A program made the translations under genes and the position numbers. From Verrucomicrobiota bacterium (lineage in GTDB: Bacteria; Verrucomicrobiota; Verrucomicrobiia; Limisphaerales; JADLHS01): a stretch of DNA of 64,000 nt. The DNA lies in assembly GCA_013140495.1 (NCBI GenBank), contig JABFSR010000168.1, positions 15,122 to 79,121 of the forward strand. The letters run 5' to 3'. The notes under the pieces were generated by a model. That model worked only from the letters and a program-made list of their open reading frames with translations, was not told the origin of the DNA and did not search any database. Shown here one piece after another: positions 26,906-35,584 of the stretch. Numbering within the stretch: the stretch's first letter is position 1; each line of letters opens with the position of its first letter.

Positions 26906-27961
26906 TTAGAAAATAGGAGTTGAAATGATTGGGCCGACTTTTTGTCCCGTCCATGTGACCAATGCCGCCTGGATGAACGCCGTGGCACCAGCGTCAAGAA
27001 TTTCCTCCGCGCGAGCCCACGGACGACGCGCCACATATACAATGTCCTTGGGTTGAAGTTTGAAATCGGGCGACTCGGCACCGAGTATCGCCTTGGTGTT
27101 TACAACAAACGTTTCGGGTTTGTTCAACGATCCGCGAATCACCAGCACCCTGCTTTGATACGCCTTGTCCGCGAAACCACCGCGCGCCGTGATGGCCGCC
27201 ATCACCGTGGCGTTCGGCGTGTAATTCATCAGGCCCGGGCCGTTGACTGCGCCAACCACGAAGATTTCGTTTGCCGAGGCTGATGCAAAATAAATGTAAT
27301 CGTCAGGCTCCAGGGCGATGTTCTGAGTGAGGTCACCCTGCTGGAATAATTTCTCAAAATCCACAGGCAGTCGTTTGCTCTGGCGAATGATAAAACTGTG
27401 CGAAAGATCAGCCAGCTCGACCGTGTTCTGCTCGAACAAACCCGTTTCCAAGCCGCCTGCACCCGCGATGGCCTGAATCATCGTCGTCGGACGGTCCAGC
27501 GGGAACACGCCCTTGGTCACAACAGAGCCGAGCAGGAAAAACTTTTTGCTACGATAGGCTGACGGCGTGATGATCGTGCGCGCATTGCGGTAATACTTTC
27601 CGAGCGCGTCGTCAAATTTCGAGCGCAGTTCATCAATCGTCAGTCCGGTTGCCATCACATCCTCTGCCTGGAGAAACGTCACGCGACCGTCCGGGCCGAT
27701 AGGTACATCCCTGCGCGACAACTCAGGCTGGTCGAACAGCACGAAGTTCAAAAGGTCGCCCGGTCCGAGCGTAAGTTTCTTTTGCCACTGTGCCCGCATT
27801 GAAGGCGAATTCGCCGTAAGTGACATGTTGGTATTGATCGCCCGCACGGAATTGTCCGCCGGGGCATTTGGCGCGGCAGCATCCTCTGCGAACGAGGGCA
27901 GCACTGCCAGTCCGAGCAGCAGTCCTGCGAGCGCGAAGGGTTTGAGGATTCGTTTCTTCAT
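26906..27961 (-). CDS. polysaccharide export protein (Wza-like)
   Basis: Signal peptide MKKRILKPFALAGLLLGLAVLPSFA. Contains GPGDLLNFVLFDQPELSRRDVPIGPDGRVTFLQAEDVMATGLTIDEL. Its start overlaps the upstream stop in an ATGA. Confidence 0.85.
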   Translation of the reverse strand: MKKRILKPFALAGLLLGLAVLPSFAEDAAAPNAPADNSVRAINTNMSLTANSPSMRAQWQKKLTLGPGDLLNFVLFDQPELSRRDVPIGPDGRVTFLQAEDVMATGLTIDELRSKFDDALGKYYRNARTIITPSAYRSKKFFLLGSVVTKGVFPLDRPTTMIQAIAGAGGLETGLFEQNTVELADLSHSFIIRQSKRLPVDFEKLFQQGDLTQNIALEPDDYIYFASASANEIFVVGAVNGPGLMNYTPNATVMAAITARGGFADKAYQSRVLVIRGSLNKPETFVVNTKAILGAESPDFKLQPKDIVYVARRPWARAEEILDAGATAFIQAALVTWTGQKVGPIISTPIF

Positions 27962-30078
27962 AGTTCAAACATCGGTTTCGGTTCGTGATTCAAAACTGCG
28001 CCCGCAAGACGACAACGACCGTGGCGCAACGTCTCCAACTGCTGCCGCGTTTCGCGCGCAGATGATTTTCCACTGTCCGCGAGCCAGATCACCTGCGGCA
28101 GACTCTCTGCCATCAGTACAGATTCGGGCAACGATGCGGGCGGGAGTTCGATCAACACGACGAGATTATCCATCTGCCGCAAGTGCGCCAGTGTGTTTTG
28201 CCATTCTTTTCGACGCGCCAGATTCCACACCGCGCCCGGCAATGATATCTCCGAGTGTTGTGAATCCCGAGCGGCGAGGGGAAGGGGGATGTCGGAAAAC
28301 GATTCCGGTTTGGACGAGGCGGTGGTTGCGGTGTCTGTTCCTGCCGTATTACCGGCAGGATCGGTTGTTGTTGCCGTCGCGGTTGTTCCTGCGGCAATCG
28401 TCATGACCTGCAAACCGCGTTTCTTCGCTGCATCAGCAAGCAAACGAATCCACGTCGAGCGGCCCTCGCTGGCGCCGGCGGAGATGAACCCGCATACGAG
28501 ACCGTGATTCGGGGATGGATTGAGCTGGCCGGAAATCGCCGTCCACGTACGGAACGCCCAGGCGTCTTTTTCCTCGGGTGACATTTTTTCGAGATCGCCC
28601 AGCGCGGCAAGCACCGGCAAGCCGGTGACGCGTTTCACATCGGCCGCCGTCTTGAGTTTGCCGCCGGTGACTTCCTGTCCCACAACCACGAGTGCTGCGC
28701 CGCCCAGGCCAAGCAATATTCCAGCGAGCGCACCCAGGAACGCATTGAACCAGCGCGTGGCGCTGTCCACATCCTGCAATTTGGCCGGGGCGAAAACACG
28801 GTAATAACCTTGCGCGTGTTCCTGATAGAGTTGTGCCTCGCGCTGACGGTTGGCGAGCAGCGCGCGGCTCTTTTGCAGGCCGTCAACCTGCGCTTTGAGA
28901 TTCGCATAGCGCAGACCGTTTTCGGAAAGGCCGGTTACTTTTTTCTGCAAGGACTCCTTCAATTTGGCGAGTTCCGTCATCTCTCGTTGCACGGTCATCT
29001 TTCGCGTCTGCAAATCCATGTAGCGGACGTAGAGCGAAGCCACTTGTGGGTTGTCACTGTACTTCGCGGAGGACAAAGCGGTTTCACCAGCACTGACGAC
29101 CTGCTTTTCCAGTTCAGTGATCAGTTTGCGCTGGCTTTGAACGGTCGGGTGTATCTCGGTATAACGCCCGGTCAGATCGGTGAGTTTGTTTCGCGCGCCT
29201 TCGAGTTTTTCAGAAACCGGATTGCGTTGCAGCAACTCGGTTTGGAGCGCGTTGACCTGGAGATCGAGCAACTCGGCTTCAATGTGGGCGTTGTCGCTGC
29301 GCGCCAGCATATCGGTCAACTGTTTCACATAACCCTGACGTTCCGCTTCAGGGTCGGCGAGATTTGCAGCGTTTTGAAAACGGATCAATTCGCCGTTGGC
29401 CTGGGCGAGCTGTTGATCCAGCGCAACGAGTTTCTCCCGGCAAAATTTTTCCATCTGCGCCGATTCGGACGACTGCAACTCGCGTCCGAGCGCCACGGCT
29501 TCGTCTCCAAACAAATTCGCCAGTGCCACGAGCGGTTTTTTTGATTTGCCGGAAACCTTCAGGCCCACGATGTCCGTGTTCGGCACCAACTCCACGGAAA
29601 CCCGGCCTCGCAATGAATCTTCGGACTCGGATGATTTCGATGCCACGCGCCGGAGCAGTTCCGTCGAGGACATGAGATTCACCAGCGTCTGTGCGTTGAA
29701 TGGATGCGGACGGTACGCCTCGGTTTCAGCAGCCGAACTCAGCGATGCACCCGCCTCGCGCGCGATGAGCGTCATCCGAACGCGATAATCTGAAATCAGG
29801 AACACAACGATTGCAGCCAGCACCGCAGTCGCTCCCGCCACGCTCCAGATGAACTGTGAATGCGCTTTCAGTGCTGCGGCCATGCGCCAGGGATCGAATC
29901 GGGGCGCGCGCCCCGGGTTGGGCGACGCGCTCCGGGATTGCGCAGAAGAATCAGCGGAGGATGTGAAATCGTACTCAAGCGGCGGCAGTGAAGATTGTTC
30001 GTGCGCAGGACGCGACGTGACACTCGCGCGTTTGGCGCGCACTGCGCTCAGGCTGAGTTCTCCGGAATTGCCGTTCAT
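27958..30078 (-). CDS. GumC/Wzc-like polysaccharide chain-length determinant with a degenerate C-terminal P-loop domain
   Basis: Two TM segments (FIWSVAGATAVLAAIVVFLI and FLGALAGILLGLGGAALVVVG) flank a long coiled-coil periplasmic region. The C-terminal domain reads SAGASEGRST where the Walker A sequence is expected. The start overlaps the upstream stop in an ATGA. Confidence 0.8.
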   Translation of the reverse strand: MNGNSGELSLSAVRAKRASVTSRPAHEQSSLPPLEYDFTSSADSSAQSRSASPNPGRAPRFDPWRMAAALKAHSQFIWSVAGATAVLAAIVVFLISDYRVRMTLIAREAGASLSSAAETEAYRPHPFNAQTLVNLMSSTELLRRVASKSSESEDSLRGRVSVELVPNTDIVGLKVSGKSKKPLVALANLFGDEAVALGRELQSSESAQMEKFCREKLVALDQQLAQANGELIRFQNAANLADPEAERQGYVKQLTDMLARSDNAHIEAELLDLQVNALQTELLQRNPVSEKLEGARNKLTDLTGRYTEIHPTVQSQRKLITELEKQVVSAGETALSSAKYSDNPQVASLYVRYMDLQTRKMTVQREMTELAKLKESLQKKVTGLSENGLRYANLKAQVDGLQKSRALLANRQREAQLYQEHAQGYYRVFAPAKLQDVDSATRWFNAFLGALAGILLGLGGAALVVVGQEVTGGKLKTAADVKRVTGLPVLAALGDLEKMSPEEKDAWAFRTWTAISGQLNPSPNHGLVCGFISAGASEGRSTWIRLLADAAKKRGLQVMTIAAGTTATATTTDPAGNTAGTDTATTASSKPESFSDIPLPLAARDSQHSEISLPGAVWNLARRKEWQNTLAHLRQMDNLVVLIELPPASLPESVLMAESLPQVIWLADSGKSSARETRQQLETLRHGRCRLAGAVLNHEPKPMFEL

Positions 30079-30908
30079 GCGATCAACAGGGTCTGATGAC
30101 GATCCAGGTCGCGCGCCACTGCATCCACGGCCGCATACGTGACTCTTGGATACTCATGCAGCCACGCAAACTCAAGCGCGAGTTTGCCCAGACGGTTCAA
30201 TGCGCGCGGCACCCCCTGGGTTGCTTCGAACGCGCGTTCGACGGCATTTGGGTCAAACAGGTCGCCCGTGGCATGGCCCGCCGCAAACAACCGGTGGCTG
30301 AAATAATTGGCTGAATCCTCAAGCGACAACGCGTCGAGATGAAAACGCAGGCTCACGCGCTGGTTTACCGCAGGACAAAGGGCGATTCTCTCCCGTAACT
30401 CGGGTTGGCCGACAAGAATCAGTGTAAGAAAGCTGCGTCCGTCGCCGTTAAGGTTGGTGAGCAGCTTGAGTTCATTAAGCGTGGAGGCAGACATTTCCTG
30501 CGCCTCGTCGAAGATAAGCACCAGATGGCGGTTCTCCGCAGCAAGGCGTGCCAGAGTGTGTTCGAATTGCATCCAACGCGCGGCCTTGGTTCGCGCGAGC
30601 GGAGTTCCCTCATCCAGCAAAGCGCGCAGCGTCAGCCCGAGAAGGTCGTTGAAACTAAACGCGGAGTTTTCATGGGTGATGACGTGGAAATGACTCCGTG
30701 CCAGTTGGCGCGAAAACACTGCGCGTGTGAGGGTTTTCCCGCAACCGATCTCGCCGGTCAACATCCCCAGCAACATCGTCTGCTCGCCTACTACGAAGCT
30801 CAGGCGGTTGAGTGCCTCGTCGTGTGCGCGACCTTGAAAAAAGAAACGCGTGTCCCACGTCGGTTCAAACGGACGCTCCCGCAATCTCCAGTATTCCAGC
30901 AAGTCCAT
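30075..30908 (-). CDS. ExeA-like AAA ATPase (secretion ATPase type found in exopolysaccharide loci)
   Basis: ATG at 30908 (MDLLEYWRLRERPF...). Walker A GEIGCGKT and Walker B LVLIFDEAQ are present. Overall collinear with ExeA/GspA-type ATPases. Confidence 0.8.
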   Translation of the reverse strand: MDLLEYWRLRERPFEPTWDTRFFFQGRAHDEALNRLSFVVGEQTMLLGMLTGEIGCGKTLTRAVFSRQLARSHFHVITHENSAFSFNDLLGLTLRALLDEGTPLARTKAARWMQFEHTLARLAAENRHLVLIFDEAQEMSASTLNELKLLTNLNGDGRSFLTLILVGQPELRERIALCPAVNQRVSLRFHLDALSLEDSANYFSHRLFAAGHATGDLFDPNAVERAFEATQGVPRALNRLGKLALEFAWLHEYPRVTYAAVDAVARDLDRHQTLLIA

Positions 30909-31404
30909 GATTGTTTCTGGCCGAACCGTAGTCCGGTAACGCCACGGGCGAAACCCGGTGAGAATCCCAAAGCCGTGTCCGGGCGAAGCCCATCTCAACA
31001 GCATTCCTGGGCGAGCCTGGCCGAGGACAACGCCATGGCACTGCCGCAGAACATTCCAACGAGGTCAAGTTTTCAGACAGCCCGTCTCAGCGCTGGATGA
31101 AGCATTTGACCTCGATTCCTCATGTTTCTTCAGAAACACAGCCCATTCAATCGTTTCACCCGGCCCGGCATCTCATTTGCTTTTCTGAATTTGTCCAGAT
31201 GTAATCCGTGAAAAGAGCTGCTCAACTTAACAGCACCAGCTTGCAGCCTTCACCCGGCGCTGCGGCTCGCCAGAGTCTCAGCCGCGCCGTAGCGCCGGGC
31301 GTAGGCGGGTGTGGGCCGATTTTGTCGTTGCCCAAATCGGTGTCGTTGTTTGCACGGATAATGTTCAAGAATTTCGCCGCCAGGCCCGAGGGGCTGATGC
31401 TGTC

Positions 31405-32685
31405 ATGACCTCATTTTTCAAGAACTCCAACCAACCCCTGCATCGTATCCTTGTCATTGACGACGAGCAGATCGTGCTTGCCGGTTTGCGAGAAGTGCTG
31501 TCCCGCGAGGGATATCAGGTGGTCACCGCGTCGAATTCATTCATCGCTCTCGACGAGCTTCAGAAGCAGCAGTTTTCCGTCATCATCTCGGACAATCAGA
31601 TGCCCGGCGTGACCGGCCTCGAATTCCTGTCGCAGGCCAAGGAAATCCAGTCAAACGCCACCCGCATTCTCATCACGGCGGTTCTCAGTCTTGACACCGT
31701 CATAGACGCCATAAATCGCGGCGAGATTTACCGTTTCATCGTCAAGCCGTGGCTGCGCGAGGAATTGCTGGCAACCGTCAAGAACGCCGTCCAGCGCTAC
31801 GAACTCATCGTTCGCAACGCCGATCTCCAGAACGAATCCCTGGTGATGAACCAGCGGTTGAAGGAACTTAATCAATCACTCGAACACCAGATCGCGCGCG
31901 TGGCCGAGCAAAATGAACTGCTCTCCGCCCAGAACGCCTCGCTCGCTGAGAACATCCAGCATTCAGTCCAGCTCGGTTTGCATGTGCTTCAGACTTTTCA
32001 TCCCGCTCTTGGCAATCAGGCCCGACGCGTCCATGAAGTCTGCAAAGCCATGGCTGACACGTTGCGCCTCACGCCGGAAAAACGCCAGGTGCTCGAAGTC
32101 AGCGCGTGGTTGCACGACATCGGGCTCGTCGGCATTCACAGGCAGATCATTCAAAAGTGGGAGCAGGATCGGGAGAATCTGAAGGAGGACGAGCTTTCCA
32201 TTCTTCGCAGCCATCCAGTTTTCGGCCAGGACCTCGTCAAGTTCGGCCATCACCTTGCGGATGTGGGCATGATCATCCGCGCGCATCATGAACGTTTCGA
32301 TGGCATAGGCTTTCCAGACGGACTTGCCGGTGAAGAAATCCCCTGGCTCGCGCGGTTGCTGGCCGTGGCCGTGGCTTATGCGGAATCGCCACACAACGAA
32401 GCCAATGCCATCGAATCCATCAAGCTGGACAGCGGAACGGCATTTGATCCGGAAGCGGTCCGGGCGTTCATGCGGGCATTGCCCAAAGCTGACATGCCGC
32501 GCAAGGAACGTGAGGTTTTGCTCGCAGAACTTTCCCCGGGCATGGTTCTCGCCAAGGGAATTTACACACCAAACGGAGTGTTGCTCATTCCGGAGGGACA
32601 GCCTCTGTGCGAAGGTTCGATCCAAAAACTTCTGAGCCACAACCGCGTCGCACCGATCAATCAGTCGCTGCTGGTGTATTGTTGA
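31405..32685 (+). CDS. response regulator with an HD-GYP-type domain
   Basis: ATG at 31405. REC domain: ILVIDDE, phospho-acceptor context VIISDNQMPGVTG, and KPW. HD domain: WLHDIGLVG and HHERFDGIGFPDGL (GYP replaced by GFP). Confidence 0.85.
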   Translation: MTSFFKNSNQPLHRILVIDDEQIVLAGLREVLSREGYQVVTASNSFIALDELQKQQFSVIISDNQMPGVTGLEFLSQAKEIQSNATRILITAVLSLDTVIDAINRGEIYRFIVKPWLREELLATVKNAVQRYELIVRNADLQNESLVMNQRLKELNQSLEHQIARVAEQNELLSAQNASLAENIQHSVQLGLHVLQTFHPALGNQARRVHEVCKAMADTLRLTPEKRQVLEVSAWLHDIGLVGIHRQIIQKWEQDRENLKEDELSILRSHPVFGQDLVKFGHHLADVGMIIRAHHERFDGIGFPDGLAGEEIPWLARLLAVAVAYAESPHNEANAIESIKLDSGTAFDPEAVRAFMRALPKADMPRKEREVLLAELSPGMVLAKGIYTPNGVLLIPEGQPLCEGSIQKLLSHNRVAPINQSLLVYC

Positions 32686-32705
32686 AACACGGGCGCACGC
32701 CTGAA

Positions 32706-33734
32706 TTACTTCGCGCTGCTGGATTCTTTTGGCTTCTCCACGGGTGCTTTGGTTTCAACTGGTGCAGCATTGGTGTCTCCTGACTTTGCAGATTCCAGAT
32801 CCTTGAGCACACGGGTCAGCCGTGTTTTCAATTCCGTGTACGAACTGTTTGTCACCGCGCTGAGGTGAGCGCTCGCCTCGGCAAAACGGTCCGCATGCAT
32901 TTTGATCCGCGCCAGGTGCAACTGTACGCCTTCACGTTCCTCGGCATCACGCGCCAGTTTGAACGCATTCGTCCAGGAGTTCAGCGCTGCTTCGGTCCGG
33001 GGCGGGCGGATGCCGTAATAGGTTTTCGCCACGTCTGTCGCGAGCAGGAAATCATCGGGCGACAGCTTCATTGCCTTGTCGTAAAGTTCCAACGCCTTGT
33101 CGAACACCTGCTGCTCATTGATGCCGTAATGCTCCCTGGCATCCTTGCGAAACAGGAACACCGTTGTTCCGAAATTATGGTAGTAAACAGGCTCTGATGG
33201 ATCGAGCTCAATGGCTTTCGCGTAATAGATAAACGCGTTTGTTACTTCTCCGATGTGACCATAAATGTTCGCGAGGTTGTTCCACACCGCCGGATCCTTC
33301 GGATCAATAGCCCGCGCGAGTTCGAGTTGTTCCATCGCACCTTCCTCATCGCGAATATCTCCGAGAAAGCTGGCGTAAGCCACATAGCCGGAAGCGCTGT
33401 TTGTATGCCGTTTGAGATAATCCTTGTAACCATGGCGCACGAGTTCAAAGCGCTTCATGATTCTCGCGTTTAACTCTGCGTTCGGCACGCCTGCGCCCTG
33501 CTCGGCGAACTTTTGATTCTCCTTGATCCACACGTCCACCTCCGCCTGCGCTGCGTCATCCGCGTCCATGAGCTTTTGCAACTCCACCCCGGCAGGGCTG
33601 TTCGTCGCGGGGGTGCTGACCACGAAGCCGGTCTGCTGCGCCACCACGTTGCCGAGGGCCGCGGCTTGGTTTGTGGCGATGAATGCGGATACAACGCCGA
33701 GGAGAAGATTGCTCACGACGCGAGCGTAGCCCAT
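32706..33734 (-). CDS. TPR repeat protein (secreted or periplasmic)
   Basis: N-terminal hydrophobic segment LLLGVVSAFIATNQAAA. Repeated A..Y..A+..-P motifs (AVWNNLANIYGHIGEVTNAFIYYAKAIELDP and others). Confidence 0.75.
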   Translation of the reverse strand: MGYARVVSNLLLGVVSAFIATNQAAALGNVVAQQTGFVVSTPATNSPAGVELQKLMDADDAAQAEVDVWIKENQKFAEQGAGVPNAELNARIMKRFELVRHGYKDYLKRHTNSASGYVAYASFLGDIRDEEGAMEQLELARAIDPKDPAVWNNLANIYGHIGEVTNAFIYYAKAIELDPSEPVYYHNFGTTVFLFRKDAREHYGINEQQVFDKALELYDKAMKLSPDDFLLATDVAKTYYGIRPPRTEAALNSWTNAFKLARDAEEREGVQLHLARIKMHADRFAEASAHLSAVTNSSYTELKTRLTRVLKDLESAKSGDTNAAPVETKAPVEKPKESSSAK

Positions 33735-33800
33735 GAATCAATTCCCGCCAAACAATTCGTTATGGCACGGCGGGATAAGCGTTGGCAACAATCTGTTAAT

Positions 33801-34478
33801 TCAAATGAAATAAGTCGCCAAGCCGAGCAGCACATTGACACCGCACAATGCCTGAAGGGTTGGGTTCTCGCTTTTGAAGAAAACGTAGTAAACAGCAACA
33901 ATCCAAAATACGATGCATAGGATTCCCCACAACGCGCCTTCATCCTTCCACGCGCAAATGATTGTGTAAATATAGACGCCAAACCCGTAGAGCAGCCATG
34001 TACCCCAAAAAATCAATGCTGCTGTCGGATTTGTGCGCCCCAAATAATACAGGCCTCCCAAAATAGCGAGGATGACAAGCAGATAAGGGTAAACACTCTT
34101 GTACCACGGAGCTTCTCCGCTCGCAGCCTTGCGGGACTTGGGACGTTTCGCTCCGGGTTTGGAGGGCGTGGGAGGTTTCTGCTGGATGCGCTGGCCGGTT
34201 TCAAGGTTTGTTCCGCATTGCGTGCATATCATCGCATCCGGTTCAACACCTGCCCCGCAGCTCTGGCAGGTTCTGCCCTCGGCAGATGGCGGTGGCGGTA
34301 ACGGCGGTGGGGCGGTTGACCCAACCGACAATCGGGGAGGCGGAGGTGGCGTGCCGGGCAGTTGCGGAACGATCATCTTCGCCTTGCAGGCCGGACACGA
34401 AATCTCCATGCCGGAATAACCGGTGTCACATGCGATGTGTTGCTGACAACCCGGGCAGGCAAATTTGATTTCACTCAT
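33801..34478 (-). CDS. double zinc-ribbon membrane protein
   Basis: ATG at 34478: MSEIKFACPGCQQHIACD...CPACKAKM. A Pro-rich linker follows, then CQSCGAG...CTQCG, then four predicted TM helices. Confidence 0.65.
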   Translation of the reverse strand: MSEIKFACPGCQQHIACDTGYSGMEISCPACKAKMIVPQLPGTPPPPPRLSVGSTAPPPLPPPPSAEGRTCQSCGAGVEPDAMICTQCGTNLETGQRIQQKPPTPSKPGAKRPKSRKAASGEAPWYKSVYPYLLVILAILGGLYYLGRTNPTAALIFWGTWLLYGFGVYIYTIICAWKDEGALWGILCIVFWIVAVYYVFFKSENPTLQALCGVNVLLGLATYFI

Positions 34479-34661
34479 AATGTTGGAACCTCGCTGCGAG
34501 CCTGTCCAAGCCCTGCACACTTGTCAATCAAACGCTCCGTTGGAGGGAAGCGACTGGAGGCAACGCTGCCGGAACTCGCATCCACAGGATGGAATTCCCC
34601 TCACCACATTCCTCAAATCCAAATGAACCTTTTACCTCTGCCGCGCGCTTAACAGAAGACG

Positions 34662-35135
34662 ATGCATTACAGCGATCCAAACACACGCCGCGACGGTGAG
34701 GAGGTGGAAGCCCCGCCGAAGTTGGTGGCCGCCCTCAGGGAACCGCCGGCGCGACGTGTGTTTGTGCCGCCCGCGGTTGACTTGTTCATCCTCAATGCGG
34801 CACGCCGCCATCTGGCCCGACATGAACGAAGGAAGTTTCAATTTGTCCGTCCCTGGATCGCCTGGCCTGCCTTGGCGACGGCCTGTCTCGCGATTGTCGG
34901 GCTTGTGGTGTTCACGACCCGCCGCCCATCGTCGGTGCAAACATTCGCCCGCGAGGACATCAACCATGACGGGCGTGTGGACATTCTGGATGCGTTCCAA
35001 CTTGCGCGTTTGTTGCAGTCGGAAACAAAACCCGCAGCCGCATCGGACGTAAACCATGATGGCGTGGTGGATTGGCGCGACGCGGAATTCATCGCAGGTC
35101 GTGCTGTGAAACTTGGAAAAGGAGGGCGATCGTGA
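34662..35135 (+). CDS. single-pass membrane protein with a C-terminal dockerin-type module
   Basis: TM segment WIAWPALATACLAIVGLVVF. Two Ca-loop repeats follow: DINHDGRVDILDAFQLARLL and DVNHDGVVDWRDAEFIAGRAV. Confidence 0.65.
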   Translation: MHYSDPNTRRDGEEVEAPPKLVAALREPPARRVFVPPAVDLFILNAARRHLARHERRKFQFVRPWIAWPALATACLAIVGLVVFTTRRPSSVQTFAREDINHDGRVDILDAFQLARLLQSETKPAAASDVNHDGVVDWRDAEFIAGRAVKLGKGGRS

Positions 35136-35584
35136 ACGCCCTGCCCATGCTCCTGTTCATGCTGCTTTTTTCCTGCTGGAATTCCTTGTTCGCTCAGTTA
35201 GCAAACACCAACTCGGTTGAGTTCCGTGCAGTGGAAGTGTTTCTCAATGCAACAAACGCTCCACTCGCGGCATACCAACTCGAATTCAAAGCCGTGGGTG
35301 GTGACGTAAAGATCGTCGGCATTGAAGGTGGCGAACATCCCGCGTTTGCCGGGCCATCGTTTTACGATCCGCAGGCGATGCAACAGGAGCGTGTTATCCT
35401 GGCCGCGTTCAGCACGAATTCGGTGACGCAATTGCCAACGGGCCGCACGCGCGTGGCGACAATCCATCTTCAAGTCAGACATGGAAGTAAATTGAAGTTC
35501 GAGACGAAGCTCGAAGCAGCGGCAGATTCAAACGGAAACAAAATAACGGCAGGAGTCGCCGTAGAAGAAAAGAGGGCACAATGA
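35132..35584 (+). CDS. small secreted cohesin-like protein (tentative)
   Basis: GTG at 35132 overlaps the upstream TGA (GTGA) and has AAAGGAGGG 7 nt upstream. Signal peptide (V)NALPMLLFMLLFSCWNSLFAQ. The beta-sandwich-like pattern LAAYQLEFKAVGGDVKIVGIEGGE...VILAAFST...LPTGRTRVATIHLQV resembles the cohesin consensus by eye only. Confidence 0.5.
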   Translation: MNALPMLLFMLLFSCWNSLFAQLANTNSVEFRAVEVFLNATNAPLAAYQLEFKAVGGDVKIVGIEGGEHPAFAGPSFYDPQAMQQERVILAAFSTNSVTQLPTGRTRVATIHLQVRHGSKLKFETKLEAAADSNGNKITAGVAVEEKRAQ

